A stretch of DNA of 49,751 nucleotides from Pseudonocardia sp. (GCA_025465235.1 JAODNO010000626.1:1-49751), one strand, 5' to 3'. Positions 1-10,305 are shown, counted from the stretch's first letter. Made by a program: numbers and translations. Notes: a model not told the origin generated them from the sequence alone.

Positions 1-2
1 CC

Positions 3-470
3 ATCCGGGAGAACATCCGCTACGGCAATCCGGTGGCCACCGACGAGCAGATCCTCGCGGCCGCCCGCGCCACCTACGTCGACCGCTTCGTCCGGAGCCT
101 CCCCGACGGCTACGACACGGTGATCGACGACGAGGGCTCCAACGTCAGCGCGGGGGAGAAGCAGCTGATCACCATCGCGCGGGCGTTCCTGGCCGACCCG
201 ACGCTGCTCATCCTGGACGAGGCGACCAGCTCGGTGGACACCCGCACCGAGGTGCTGGTGCAGCGGGCGATGGCGGCGCTGCGGTCGGACCGCACCAGCT
301 TCGTGATCGCCCACCGGCTCTCCACGATCCGGGATGCCAACCTGATCCTCGTGATGGAGTCGGGGCGGATAGTGGAGCAGGGCACGCACGAGCAGCTCCT
401 CGCGGCCGGGGGCGCCTACCACGATCTGTACTCCGCGCAGTTCTCCGCGGCTGCGGCGGAGCTGGAGTGA
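3..470 (+). CDS. ABC exporter ATP-binding/permease protein, C-terminal NBD (5'-partial)
   Basis: Frame open from window start ([10 protein letters not shown]); signature VSAGEKQL, Walker [13 protein letters not shown]-loop IAHRLST. Confidence 0.95.
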   Translation: MRENIRYGNPVATDEQILAAARATYVDRFVRSLPDGYDTVIDDEGSNVSAGEKQLITIARAFLADPTLLILDEATSSVDTRTEVLVQRAMAALRSDRTSFVIAHRLSTIRDANLILVMESGRIVEQGTHEQLLAAGGAYHDLYSAQFSAAAAELE

Positions 471-503
471 TCCTCCGCTGACACCTGCGTGCGGGAGCTC
501 GCC

Positions 504-1217
504 TCATTGCTTCGTCGGGGCGATCGAGGCGAGTATGACCGCGCGCGAGTCGGCCAGCATCCGCACGCACTCCTGAGCGGCCGCGCGGACGTCCGCCGGG
601 TTCGCCTGGTCAGGGCCCAACAACGCGGCCACCGCCCCGGCCATGACCTGCTCCGGAAAGTCGACCGTGACGTCCGGCAGAACGTGGGGATGGGCCGCCA
701 CCTCGAAGAATCCGGCGATGACCGCGCGCAGTGCGTAGGCCTGTTCGTCCAGCGCCCAGTCCGTGCGGGCCAACTGGTATCGGCGCCACACCGGGAGCAG
801 TGAGTACATCATCGACCCCGGGCCGAGCGTGCCGAGCAGCTCCTTGCTGAGCGGGTGCTCGCCCAGGATGCCGAGCATGTCGACGTCGCCGGTCTGCAGC
901 GCGCGCACGAACGGGTGGTCCAGGGCGGTGCGCACCAGCAGTGGGCACAGCCGTTGTGGGCGGACCTGGTCGGGGTCGGTGGTGAGCGTCTGGATGTACT
1001 GCTCCACCACGGCCAGGAAGTCCCGGGCGAACAGCCCGACGACCAGGTCCTCCTTGGTGCCGAAGTACAGGTGCACCGTGCCCTTGCCGACATGTGCCTT
1101 CTCGGCGATCTCGGCGATCGTCACGCCCCTGACTCCGCGCCTGAGTACCAGATCCCTGCTGACGGTGAGGATGCGCGCGGCCTTCCCCGAGTCGTGTCGG
1201 GTCACTGCAGCCATCAC
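504..1217 (-). CDS. TetR-family transcriptional regulator
   Basis: N-terminal HTH GVRGVTIAEIAEKAHVGKGTVHLYFGTKEDL. Confidence 0.92.
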   Translation of the reverse strand: MMAAVTRHDSGKAARILTVSRDLVLRRGVRGVTIAEIAEKAHVGKGTVHLYFGTKEDLVVGLFARDFLAVVEQYIQTLTTDPDQVRPQRLCPLLVRTALDHPFVRALQTGDVDMLGILGEHPLSKELLGTLGPGSMMYSLLPVWRRYQLARTDWALDEQAYALRAVIAGFFEVAAHPHVLPDVTVDFPEQVMAGAVAALLGPDQANPADVRAAAQECVRMLADSRAVILASIAPTKQ

Positions 1218-1266
1218 CGATCTCCCGTCTGCGCAGGCCGAACCCCCGCGGCCGGGGCCGGCCTCA

Positions 1267-2490
1267 TCATGCCCGCGCGATGTCCGTTTCCTTCATGCGG
1301 CTCGCCTTGCCGCTCTCCCTCATGTGCTGCAGGAGACGCCCGGTCAGCGGCAGCTTCTGTCCGCGCATCAGCACCTTGCGCAGTGCGATCTGGACGCGGC
1401 TGGAGGGGGTGAAGAACGCGCGCTGGCTGATCCCGTTCTGCTGGTAGTACTCGATGTAGGGCCTAAGCTTCTGCTCCCACTCGGTCAGCGCGAGCTCCAG
1501 GTCCTCCGGGTGGCGTTCGAGCATCGTGCCGAGCAGATCCGCCCCCGCCAGGCCCGCCGAGACGCCCATTCCGGCGTACAGGGTCACGCACCAGGCCGAG
1601 TCGCCGACCAGCACAACCCGGCCGTGGTGCCAGCTGTCCATGCGCACCTGCTCGACCGAGTCGAACAGCAGCTCGTCGGCCGACTCCAGCGCCCGGAGGA
1701 CCTCGCCGAGCGCACGGCCGGTCGGCTCGGGGCCGAACACGGCGCGGATCCGCTCGGTCGCGGACTCGGCGAACTCCGCGTCCACGTCGTCTGTGCGGTA
1801 GGACAGCAGCACCGTCGGAGCGTGGTCGCCGAACGGGAAGATCCACATCGACCGGCCGGGTTCGAGCAGGGTTGCGCCGTCCTCCCGGGCGAGGTCGCTC
1901 AGCGGACCAGGCAGGTCGAAGGCGGCGATCATGTAGTTGAGCCGGTGCAGATACTTCTCGTGCGGTCCGAACACCAGCGATCTCACCGTGGAGCGTAGCC
2001 CGTCAGCGCCGACGACCAGGTCGAACCGCTCCGTCACCGTGGTGCCGTCCGCAGTGTTCGTCAGCGTGACGTCCACGCCGCCGGCGTCCTGATCGATTCG
2101 GGTGGGCACCGTCGAGTAACGGATCTCCACATCCGCGGGCAGTGCGGCGAAGGCGGCCTGCTCGACGTCGCCGCGCACCATCAGCCGCGGCAGCCCCGGC
2201 AGGTCCTTGAAACCCAGGCCGCGCTGCCGGTTCCCGGCGCGGTCGATATCGAAGTTGGCCCCGTCCGAGGCGCTCCGGTCAGCCATCCCACCCAGGATGC
2301 CCAGCCGCTGCGCCGCCGCCTTACCGGCGCCGAACAGCCCGATGAAGTAGCCGCCGGAGCGCCGCGTCGGGGCCTTCTCGATGAGAACCGGGGTCCAGCC
2401 CATGCGCCGCAGGCGCAGCGCCGTGGCAATCCCGCTGATGCCGAGACCGACCACCAGAGCCCGGCGACTGCTCTCGTTCGCGATGTCCAT
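1267..2490 (-). CDS. FAD-dependent monooxygenase/oxidoreductase
   Basis: VVGLGISG dinucleotide motif, DLVVGADGLRS, RVVLVGDSAW; start is ATG 2490 or GTG 2496. Confidence 0.92.
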   Translation of the reverse strand: MDIANESSRRALVVGLGISGIATALRLRRMGWTPVLIEKAPTRRSGGYFIGLFGAGKAAAQRLGILGGMADRSASDGANFDIDRAGNRQRGLGFKDLPGLPRLMVRGDVEQAAFAALPADVEIRYSTVPTRIDQDAGGVDVTLTNTADGTTVTERFDLVVGADGLRSTVRSLVFGPHEKYLHRLNYMIAAFDLPGPLSDLAREDGATLLEPGRSMWIFPFGDHAPTVLLSYRTDDVDAEFAESATERIRAVFGPEPTGRALGEVLRALESADELLFDSVEQVRMDSWHHGRVVLVGDSAWCVTLYAGMGVSAGLAGADLLGTMLERHPEDLELALTEWEQKLRPYIEYYQQNGISQRAFFTPSSRVQIALRKVLMRGQKLPLTGRLLQHMRESGKASRMKETDIARA

Positions 2491-2496
2491 GATCAC

Positions 2497-2532
2497 AGGT
2501 TAGACCAAATTGACCGTCTGCGTCATTTGGTC
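2497..2532. promoter_or_regulatory. Candidate TetR operator next to a leaderless promoter of the monooxygenase-tetR operon
   Basis: GACCAAATTGAC-N7-GTCATTTGGTC near-perfect inverted repeat (2503-2532); minus-strand TAACCT (2497-2502) lies 6 nt before ATG 2490. Confidence 0.6.
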
Positions 2533-2669
2533 AGTTCGTTATCCACGTCACACACTTGTTCAGGGTCGCGCACCGCCTCCAGTCGGGGCTGAGTTGCCGT
2601 GCGCTACTTGGATAGCTCAGTTCTATATTCCAATTCAACACCGCTGGTGCACACCCAGGAGACGACAGC

Positions 2670-3279
2670 ATGGACATCCGGAACTCCGTCGCGCTGGTCA
2701 CGGGGGCCAACAGGGGCCTCGGCCGCCAGTTCGCTGCGGGCCTCGTGGAGCGGGGGGCGGCGAAGGTCCACGCCGCGGTCCGCAACCCCGACTCGGTGGA
2801 CCTCCCCGGCGTGGTGCCGCTGCGGCTCGACACACCGACCCCGCCGCGGTTGCGACAGCGGCAGCGGGCGATGTGACCCTGCTGATCAACAACGCGGGCA
2901 TCGACACGCACACGCCTCTGCTGGAGGGGGACCTCGACGCCGTCAGCCTGGAGATGGAGAAGACCTTCTTCGGCACGCTGCCCACGGGGCGTACTCCTCG
3001 GCCAAGGCCGCGAGCTGGGCGATGACCAACACGCTGCGCCTGCAGCCCGCGCCGAAGGGCATCACGACGACCGCCCTGCACGTCGGCTACATGGACACCG
3101 ACATGGTTGCGCAGATCGACTCGCCGAAGGGCGATCCGGCGGTGATCGCCGCCCTCGCCCTGGACGGCGTGCAGGCGGGCGCTTTCGAGGTGGTGGCGGA
3201 CGAGAAGAGCAAGATGGTGCGCAGCCTGCTCTCGGCGGAACTCCCGGCCCTCTACCCGGAGCTGACCGACGGGTCCTGA
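2670..3279 (+). pseudogene. SDR oxidoreductase pseudogene (two frame changes and an internal deletion)
   Basis: TGANRGLG, LINNAG and YSSAK motifs lie in three different frames; the segment between FFGTL and HGAYS is missing. Confidence 0.85.
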
Positions 3280-3335
3280 GCGAGGACTGCGCCCATCCGA
3301 ATGTTCCCAGCTCGACCTCGTTGCTCGGTGGGGCG

Positions 3336-3803
3336 TCAGGACGGGTAGGCGGCGGTGTGGATCAACGCGACGCCGTCGAGCGGCACTTCGCTGCCGGTGT
3401 CGTCGACGAAGGCCACGCGCACCGGGCGGTTGCCCTCGACGGTGCGGCGAATGATGGTGGGACCCGCCTCGTGGGGCACGTGCTCGTCGCCCCACTGCTG
3501 GAGGGCGCAGAGCACGACGCGCAGTTCCCGGCCGGCGGGAGTGAGGTGGTAGCTGAACCGGACGCGTGCCCCGGGCTCGCGGTAGGGCTGCTTCTCCAGC
3601 ACGCCTGCCTGGACGAGGGTGGCCAGCCGGTCGCTGAGCACGTCCGGCGCCACGCCCAGCGCGGCGCGGAAGTCGGCGAACCGGGTGATGCCGGAGAACG
3701 CCTCACGGAGGATCAGGAATGTCCAACGCTCGCCGAGCACCTCGAGGGCGCGTGCGACGGAGCAGGTCGGCTCCGCCCGAGGAGTCCGGCTGACAGTGGT
3801 CAT
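3336..3803 (-). CDS. HxlR-family winged-helix regulator
   Basis: CSVARALEVLGERWTFLILRE...YHLTPAGREL...LQQWGD. Confidence 0.93.
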   Translation of the reverse strand: MTTVSRTPRAEPTCSVARALEVLGERWTFLILREAFSGITRFADFRAALGVAPDVLSDRLATLVQAGVLEKQPYREPGARVRFSYHLTPAGRELRVVLCALQQWGDEHVPHEAGPTIIRRTVEGNRPVRVAFVDDTGSEVPLDGVALIHTAAYPS

Positions 3804-4100
3804 GGATCTAGTCTAACTGCTGCATTGTCAACCTGAAGCCAGCGATGTCACCCTGCCTCACCCGTGCGGGTCGGGGGTCGTCACGCCCCGTCGGCCAGCA
3901 GGTCCGTCAGCTGCACACGGTTGTGGGAACTGTCCCCACCAGCGAGCCGTTCTCGCCGTGGAGGGCAACGATCATCGGACTCGATGCACCTCGATAGGGT
4001 GAGCTGTGCGCCATACCCGCGTCGGACACGCCGTGGCGGCCGCAGCCGAGCATCGGTCACTCGGCGCATGACCCTCCTGCAGGAACGAGGAGGTGAGTGG

Positions 4101-4592
4101 GTGTCCCATCCTCCGCTGCGGCATCACGACCCCGACTTCTTCGGGCTGTTGTCGGGCTGCCACCTGCGCTTCGTCGGCAGCCCACTGGTCGATCCCACGG
4201 CCACCGCCCGCTGGCTCTATGAGGAAGCGCCGTTCGGCCTGCTGGCCCATGACGCCGATCCGGACCCACAGTTCTTCTACGCGAACAGAAGGGCCCAGCA
4301 GTGCTTCGAGTACGACTGGGAAGAGTTCACCGAGCTGCGCTCCCGGCTCTCAGCGGAGCCGGACCGGCAGGAGGACCGCGACAGGCTGCTCGACGTCGTC
4401 CTGCGGAACGATTTTGCCACCGGATACCGAGGATTGCGCATCGCGAAGTCCGGTCGGCGGTTCTGGATCGAGGATGTGACGATGTGGAATCTGGTGAACG
4501 GTGCCGGGGTGCGGGTGGGACAGGCCGCTGCCTTCTATCGATGGTCCGATGCGTCGACAGGACCACCCGACGTCCGGTCGGCCAATTGCTAG
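4101..4592 (+). CDS. Stand-alone MEKHLA-domain (PAS-like) protein
   Basis: APFGLLAHD..DPQFFYAN, SRLSAEP, YRGLRIAKSGRRFWIE..WNL; AGGAGG RBS before GTG 4101. Confidence 0.88.
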   Translation: MSHPPLRHHDPDFFGLLSGCHLRFVGSPLVDPTATARWLYEEAPFGLLAHDADPDPQFFYANRRAQQCFEYDWEEFTELRSRLSAEPDRQEDRDRLLDVVLRNDFATGYRGLRIAKSGRRFWIEDVTMWNLVNGAGVRVGQAAAFYRWSDASTGPPDVRSANC

Positions 4593-4605
4593 GAAAGCAG
4601 GAACA

Positions 4606-5535
4606 GTGAAGCTCGGGCTGGGTCTTCCGCAGCGCACCGACAGGTACGACCTGCGCAACGACGTCGTGCACATCGCGCGGGCAGCGGAGCGTGCAGGCTA
4701 TTCGAGCCTCTGGGTCTACGAACGCCCGCTGTTCCCGCTCGAGCCCACCGACGGTCTGTACGGCGTGCCGGGGCTCCCGTGGCCCGATGGCTACCGCACG
4801 TCCGCCGACCCGTTCACCGTCCTCGCGCTCGCCTCCGCGGTGACGCAGACGGTGCGGCTGGGTACCAGCGTCCTGGTGGCCCCGTTTCGTCCGTCCCTGC
4901 AGCTCGCCAGTGCGCTGGCCACCCTCGACGTGGCCAGCGGCGGCCGCGTGATCGCGGGTCTCGGCTGCGGCTGGTCGAGCGACGAGTACCGCGGGGTGGG
5001 CGTCGACTTCGCGCGCCGCGGCCAGTACCTCGACGAGGCGATCGACGCCTGCCGGGCGCTGTGGGGGCCTGACCCGGTGACCTACCGCGACTCACGCACG
5101 GTTATCGAGAACGCCCTCGTCAAGCCGAAGCCTCCGGCACCGCTGCCGGTGCTGCTGGGCGGCGGGTACACGCCACGCGCGGTGGAGCGGATCGCCCGCA
5201 AGGCAGACGGCTGGCTGCCCGCGGGGCTGCCCGCCACGGCGGTGGCGGAGGGCTGGAAGAGGATCCGGGATCGCGCCGGTGAGCACGGTCGCGACCCCGA
5301 GCGTCTCGAACTGATCCCGCGGGCGAACGTCATGTTCGGCCGGGACGTGTCCGGTGCGGAGCGGCAACCGTTCCACGGCACGCTGTCTCAGGTGGTCGAC
5401 GACATCGCCGCGCTGGCCGAGGCGGGTGCCACGGAGATCCTGATCGACCTGACCTGGACCGCGAGGACCTGTGAGGAGCTCCTCGACCTGGCGCTGCAGG
5501 TGATCGGCGAGCTCGGTGCCGGCGGTTTTCGCTGA
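4606..5535 (+). CDS. LLM-class (luciferase-like) oxidoreductase, probably F420-dependent
   Basis: AERAGYSSLWVYE, RLGTSVLV, ATLDVASGGRVIAGLGCGWSSDEY, ADGWLP. Confidence 0.9.
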   Translation: MKLGLGLPQRTDRYDLRNDVVHIARAAERAGYSSLWVYERPLFPLEPTDGLYGVPGLPWPDGYRTSADPFTVLALASAVTQTVRLGTSVLVAPFRPSLQLASALATLDVASGGRVIAGLGCGWSSDEYRGVGVDFARRGQYLDEAIDACRALWGPDPVTYRDSRTVIENALVKPKPPAPLPVLLGGGYTPRAVERIARKADGWLPAGLPATAVAEGWKRIRDRAGEHGRDPERLELIPRANVMFGRDVSGAERQPFHGTLSQVVDDIAALAEAGATEILIDLTWTARTCEELLDLALQVIGELGAGGFR

Positions 5536-5559
5536 TCAACACCCGTTTGTCGGTTGATC
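5534..5559 (+). terminator. Possible hairpin terminator after the LLM gene
   Basis: GATCAAC...GTTGATC arms beginning at the stop codon. Confidence 0.35.
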
Positions 5560-5597
5560 CGCGTCCTCATGGTCTCAGTCACAGGCAGGGTCCTGGA

Positions 5598-5622
5598 TGA
5601 ACTAGCTGGATCCGGGACGCGT
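5598..5622 (+). promoter_or_regulatory. ECF (SigL-type) promoter upstream of the sigma gene
   Basis: TGAACT-N16-CGT, 10 nt before GTG 5633; resembles the TGAAC-N-CGT consensus of mycobacterial SigL. Confidence 0.55.
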
Positions 5623-5632
5623 TGCACTCAGT

Positions 5633-6160
5633 GTGACCGCATCGAGCAGCCCCTCTCATGCGGAGACGTTCGTGCGGGCGCTGTATGACGATGTCGCTGG
5701 GCCGCTCTTCGGCTACGTCGTGCGGTTGACCGGCGATCGGACCCGAGCCGAGGAAGTCGTGCAGGAGACATTCGTCCGCGCGTGGCGCCGGGCCCACGAG
5801 CTCAACCGTGGCCCCGAGGAGCTCCGGGGCTGGCTTTTCACTACCGCGCGTAACCTTGTGACCGATCTCTGGCGCTCCGACGCCGCGCGGCCGACGACCG
5901 TCTCCGACGAGCGTGCCCTGGGTGCCGCACCCGCTGCCGACGACCTCGAACAGGCTGTGCAGCGGTGGACGGTGGCCGACGCACTCGACCGGCTCAGCCT
6001 CGAGCACCGGGCGGTCCTCGTCGAGACCTACTACGAGGGACGGTCGGTGACCGAGGCCGCGCAACGGCTGGGCATTCCGCCCGGCACCGTGAAGTCCCGC
6101 ACGTACTACGCCCTCCGGGCGTTGCGGCTGGTGCTGGAAGAGATGGGAGTGGCGTCGTGA
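5633..6160 (+). CDS. ECF sigma-70 factor (SigL-like)
   Basis: AEEVVQETFVRAWR, RGWLFTTARN, LSLEHRAVLVETYY, LGIPPGTVKSRTYYALRAL. Confidence 0.93.
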   Translation: MTASSSPSHAETFVRALYDDVAGPLFGYVVRLTGDRTRAEEVVQETFVRAWRRAHELNRGPEELRGWLFTTARNLVTDLWRSDAARPTTVSDERALGAAPAADDLEQAVQRWTVADALDRLSLEHRAVLVETYYEGRSVTEAAQRLGIPPGTVKSRTYYALRALRLVLEEMGVAS

Positions 6161-6828
6161 CCGAGCAGGACGAGTGCATGCGGACCGAGCTCGGTGCCTA
6201 CCTCCTCGGCAGCCTCGAGCCCACCGAGCGCGATGTGGTCGACCGCCATCTTGCGAACTGCGCGGAGTGCCAATCCGAGCTGGCGATGCTCGCGCCTGTC
6301 GCCGGGCTGCTGGGTTGTCTCGAGCCTGCAGAGGCCCGCCACGGGATGCTGACGCCGAGCCCCGCTCTCCTGCCGCAGGCCCTCGGTGCTGTCCGACACC
6401 ACCAGCAACAGGACCGGCGCAGGCTGCGCCGGTGGAAGCTGGTAGCCGCGGCCGCCGCGGTCGTGGCCGTCATGTCGGGCGTGCTGCCTCAGGTGCTCCC
6501 GACCGGCCCCGGCCCCGGCCCCGGCCCCAGCGCCTCCGGGACCGCGCTCGCCACCATGACCGGCGTCACCGCGGCCGGTATGGGGAGCATGGAGCAACGT
6601 ACCTGGGGCACCGCGGTGCAGCTCCAGCTGACCGGGCTGCCGCCGGCAACGGGCTACCGCGCCTTGGCGACGGCCCGCGACGGCCGCACCGAGGTGGCCG
6701 CCAACTGGGGGACCACCCCAGGCGGACGCGTCACCATCAACGGCACCACCGGGATTCCCCTCGACCAACTGGTCTCCATCCAGATCCGCACTCTCGACGG
6801 CCGTCCGTTGATGAGCATGCGCTGCTGA
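6157..6828 (+). CDS. Zinc-finger (ZAS) membrane anti-sigma factor, RslA-like
   Basis: LGAYLLGSL, HLANCAEC (HxxxCxxC), one TM helix, (GGCCCC)4 Pro-Gly linker at 6505-6528; GTGA overlap with the sigma stop. Confidence 0.9.
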   Translation: MTEQDECMRTELGAYLLGSLEPTERDVVDRHLANCAECQSELAMLAPVAGLLGCLEPAEARHGMLTPSPALLPQALGAVRHHQQQDRRRLRRWKLVAAAAAVVAVMSGVLPQVLPTGPGPGPGPSASGTALATMTGVTAAGMGSMEQRTWGTAVQLQLTGLPPATGYRALATARDGRTEVAANWGTTPGGRVTINGTTGIPLDQLVSIQIRTLDGRPLMSMRC

Positions 6829-6893
6829 CGGTCTGCCTGAGCGGTTTCTGGCGACCGCGTCATTCTCAAGCCAGGACGTGATCTCCGCCCGAG

Positions 6894-6918
6894 GGTTGCG
6901 ATCGTCTTTCCGGGGAAC
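6894..6918 (+). promoter_or_regulatory. Possible SigB/SigF-type stress promoter
   Basis: GGTTG-N14-GGGAAC upstream of a YdaD/YghA-like SDR. Confidence 0.3.
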
Positions 6919-6955
6919 GTTTGCGCCAGTACCGCGACGCGAACGGAGTGAGACG

Positions 6956-7858
6956 ATGGGCCAGCATCAGGACCAGTTCACCCAGCAGGACCCCGGCGAG
7001 CAGCACGCCGCCCCGGGCAGCGGCAGCGAGACCGTGGCGTACCCGGGCCGCACGGGCGAGCTGGACGTGCGGCCCGACCACGGCGAGGAGACCTACCGGG
7101 GAACAGGACGCCTGGAGAGCAAGAAGGCCGTGATCACCGGAGGCGACTCCGGGATCGGCCGCGCCGTGGCGCTCGCGTTCGCCCGCGAGGGCGCCGACGT
7201 GCTCATCTCCTACCTCGAGTCGGAGGAGAAGGACGCCCAGGAGACCGTGCGGCTGGTGGAGGACGCCGGCCGCACGGCGGTGACGGCGCCCGCCGACCTC
7301 CGGGAGGAGGCACAGTGCCAGGCCGTGATCGACCGGGCTGTCCAGGAGTTCGGGCGGATCGACGTGCTGGTGAGCAACGCGGCCTACCAGATGTCGCAGG
7401 ACGCCGGCATCGAGGCCATCAGCACCGAGCAGTTCGACCGGGTGATGAAGACGAACGTGTATGCGACGTTCTGGGTGTGCAAGGCGGCCGTCCCGCACAT
7501 GCCGGAGGGCTCGTCGATCATCACGACCTCGTCCGTCCAGGCGTTCAACCCCTCGCCGCACCTCCTGGACTACGCGACGTCCAAGGCCGCGATCGTCAAC
7601 TTCACCAAGGGGCTGGGTAAGAACCTCGTCGAAAAGGGCATCCGGGCGAACTCGGTGGCGCCCGGCCCCGTGTGGACGCCGCTGATCCCGGCGACCATGT
7701 CGGAGGAAAAGGTGAAGTCGTTCGGGAAGCAGTCGCCGCTGGGCCGCGCCGCACAGCCGGCCGAGCTGGCACCTATCTACGTGTTCCTCGCCTCCCAGGA
7801 ATCCAGCTACATCACCTCGGAGGTGATCGGTGTGACCGGCGGGTCGCCGATCACCTGA
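6956..7858 (+). CDS. SDR oxidoreductase, YghA/YdaD general-stress type
   Basis: PDHGEETYRGTGRL, ITGGDSGIG, YATSK, VAPGPVWTPLIP. Confidence 0.93.
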   Translation: MGQHQDQFTQQDPGEQHAAPGSGSETVAYPGRTGELDVRPDHGEETYRGTGRLESKKAVITGGDSGIGRAVALAFAREGADVLISYLESEEKDAQETVRLVEDAGRTAVTAPADLREEAQCQAVIDRAVQEFGRIDVLVSNAAYQMSQDAGIEAISTEQFDRVMKTNVYATFWVCKAAVPHMPEGSSIITTSSVQAFNPSPHLLDYATSKAAIVNFTKGLGKNLVEKGIRANSVAPGPVWTPLIPATMSEEKVKSFGKQSPLGRAAQPAELAPIYVFLASQESSYITSEVIGVTGGSPIT

Positions 7859-7977
7859 TCGCGGTGCGCGGGGTCGCGAACGGCGAGGCATGAGGTGATC
7901 AGGTCGCGCTGATCGATGATCTTCCCCTAATGTAGGACGTCGCGGACGGTGCCACCTGGGAAGAGAACGAGGGCTAA

Positions 7978-8817
7978 GTGAGCGAGTCGGAAAGACGGCT
8001 GCAGGATTCGGTTGGCGAGACTCCCGTGGTCCCTCCGGACATCGACACCACCAGACCGTCGGTGGCGCGGGGTTACGACTTCGCGCTCGGCGGCAAGAAC
8101 AACTTCGAGATCGACCGTCTCGCGGTAGACGCCCTCACCAACGTCTTCGCCGGCGCTCTCCCGCTGGCTCGCGACAACCGGGGCTTCCTGCGCCGCGGCG
8201 TGCGGTACCTCGTCGGTGAGGCGGGGATCCGGCAGCTCATCGACGTCGGATCAGGCCTGCCCAGTGCGGGCAACGTGCACGAGGTCGCGCACGAGCTCGA
8301 CCCCGCCGTGCACGTCGTCTACGTCGACGTCGACCCGATCGTTCTCGCCCACGCCCGCGCGCTGCTCGCCGACAACAACACCACGACGGTGATCCAGGCC
8401 AATGCGGCCGACCCGGTGTCGATCCTCGAGGCCCCGGAGACCCAGGAGTTCATCGACTTCGACAAGCCGTTCGCGGTGCTGCTGTCGGGGATCCTGCACC
8501 ACCTGAACGACGACCAGGACCCGGTCGGTGTCACGCGTACCTTCAAGGACCGGATGCCCTCGGGGAGCTACCTGCTGGCGAGCAACTTCCTCGACGACGA
8601 CGACCCCCGGGCCAAGGCCGCGGAACGCGCGTTCATCGACGGCGGCTTCGGCACCGGGCGGTTCCGCACCTGGGACGAGCACCGGCGCTACTTCGACGGC
8701 CTCGAGCTCGTCGAGCCGGGCCTGACCTATGCGAACGACTGGCAGCCGGACGGCCACACCCCGGGGGACAGCCCCTGGCACACGTTCTACGCGGGTGGAG
8801 TCGGCCGCAAGCCGTGA
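7978..8817 (+). CDS. Actinobacterial SAM-dependent methyltransferase (Methyltransf_19 type)
   Basis: IDTTRPSVARGYDFALGGKNNFEIDR, IRQLIDVGSGLP, VVYVDVDPIVLAHARALL. Confidence 0.9.
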   Translation: MSESERRLQDSVGETPVVPPDIDTTRPSVARGYDFALGGKNNFEIDRLAVDALTNVFAGALPLARDNRGFLRRGVRYLVGEAGIRQLIDVGSGLPSAGNVHEVAHELDPAVHVVYVDVDPIVLAHARALLADNNTTTVIQANAADPVSILEAPETQEFIDFDKPFAVLLSGILHHLNDDQDPVGVTRTFKDRMPSGSYLLASNFLDDDDPRAKAAERAFIDGGFGTGRFRTWDEHRRYFDGLELVEPGLTYANDWQPDGHTPGDSPWHTFYAGGVGRKP

Positions 8818-8838
8818 CCAGCACCGAGTAGGCCTCGC

Positions 8839-9849
8839 CTAGGAGACGTCCCGCGGGTGCTCGAGGAAGAAGCGGAGCATCTCGGCCGACGCAGCCGGGC
8901 CCTTCGGGTCCGCGTACGAGCCGGCCGGGTCGCCGCCCGACCACGCGTGGCCCATCCCGTGTACGAGCCACGACTCGGCAACGACCGAGTCATCCTGGTC
9001 CCGGAACACGGTACGGGTGCACGGCCGGCGGCCGGGTTCGGCGAGGCGCACCGCCGCGGCGGTGGTGGTGCGCCGGGAGCCGGCCGCGAGTCGTGCGTCG
9101 ACGAGGCGCTCCGCATTGACCGGAGCCACGGTGGTGTCCGCGTCCCCGTGGAAGACGATCAGCGGGAGGTCAGCGCCCGCGCCCGGTGCGCCGCCCGTCC
9201 GCATGGCGGCGAAGGCAGAGCGCACGTCGTGCGCGGCGCCGACCGCGATGCCCGAATGCACGCCCACTGCCGCGTAGAGCTCGGGATGGGTCGCGGCCAT
9301 CACCGCGGCCATGGCGCCACCCGCGGAGAGGCCCGCGACGTACACCCGGCCCGGGTCGGCGCCGTACTCGGCGACGATCCGCCTGCTGATCCCGGCCAGG
9401 ATGGACGGCTCGCCCGCCCCGGCGCGCTGGTGGGCGGGGGAGAACCAGTTCCAGTACCCGCCCCGGTTGGCCGCCCTGGACTGCTCGGGGTACGCGACGA
9501 GCAGGCCGTGCCGTTCGGCGAGCTCGGTCATCCGCGTGCCGGCCGCGAAGTCGGCGGCGTTCTGCGAACCCCCGTGCAGCATGACCACGAGCGGGAGACG
9601 CTCACCGGTGCGGCCGCGGGGAACGTACAGGTCGAAGCGGCGGGTGCCGGCCGCTTCGGTGTGGGTCAGGTGCAGCCTCTGGGCGAACCCTTGTGCGTGC
9701 ATACGAGTGTTGGAGCACTCGTATCCGCGCACGGCCCGCGTGCCACCTGCGCTTAGGGTGCGCTGGATGACGGCGACCGCCTCGGTCAGGCGTCCTGCCC
9801 GGGTGAGTTGCCACGCCGATGCCATCCCGATGTTCGGGTCGTGATCCAT
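8839..9849 (-). CDS. PHB-depolymerase-family esterase (LpqC-like)
   Basis: [22 protein letters not shown], nucleophile [22 protein letters not shown]. Confidence 0.9.
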   Translation of the reverse strand: MDHDPNIGMASAWQLTRAGRLTEAVAVIQRTLSAGGTRAVRGYECSNTRMHAQGFAQRLHLTHTEAAGTRRFDLYVPRGRTGERLPLVVMLHGGSQNAADFAAGTRMTELAERHGLLVAYPEQSRAANRGGYWNWFSPAHQRAGAGEPSILAGISRRIVAEYGADPGRVYVAGLSAGGAMAAVMAATHPELYAAVGVHSGIAVGAAHDVRSAFAAMRTGGAPGAGADLPLIVFHGDADTTVAPVNAERLVDARLAAGSRRTTTAAAVRLAEPGRRPCTRTVFRDQDDSVVAESWLVHGMGHAWSGGDPAGSYADPKGPAASAEMLRFFLEHPRDVS

Positions 9850-9909
9850 GACGGTCCTCCTGGGCCGGGATGCCGTGCGGTGTGACGGCGGGGCGGGCTC
9901 CTGCTGCCG

Positions 9910-10305
9910 TCAGATGGTGCGCGGGGCGAGCGCGGCCTTGACCTCCCGCGGGGCACGGAACGCCCCGAGGACCTCGACCGCGGCGATGGTCGCCAGCGCG
10001 AGCTCGACGTCGACATCGTTGGCGATCGTCGCGAGCCCCAGGACGCGGAGCTCGGTCGTGCGGCCGGCATCGCGGAGTTGCTCGAGCTCGTGGCGGGCGA
10101 GGTGCCTCGTCCCGAGGGTGAGGGCTCGCCTGCCGATCGTGTCCGTCACCGCGTCCGAACGGGTCTCGAGTTGGCGCCGGATGGCGGTGCGGATGAAGTC
10201 GGTGCGGTTGGCGAAGAAGCCTTCGTCCACGAGCAGGTCGATCTGCCCGAGGTCGACGAGCCCCACGTTGATGGTGATCTTCTCGCTCTTGTCGACCTCG
10301 GCCAC
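9910..10305 (-). CDS. CopG/ribbon-helix-helix transcriptional regulator
   Basis: EKITINVGLVDLGQIDLLVDEGFFANRTDFIRTAIRRQL; directly upstream of the esterase. Confidence 0.85.
   Translation of the reverse strand: MAEVDKSEKITINVGLVDLGQIDLLVDEGFFANRTDFIRTAIRRQLETRSDAVTDTIGRRALTLGTRHLARHELEQLRDAGRTTELRVLGLATIANDVDVELALATIAAVEVLGAFRAPREVKAALAPRTI

Noticed and set aside
6505-6528. (GGCCCC)4 as a contingency repeat
   Set aside because: In-frame hexamer encoding a Pro-Gly linker; length change would not switch phase
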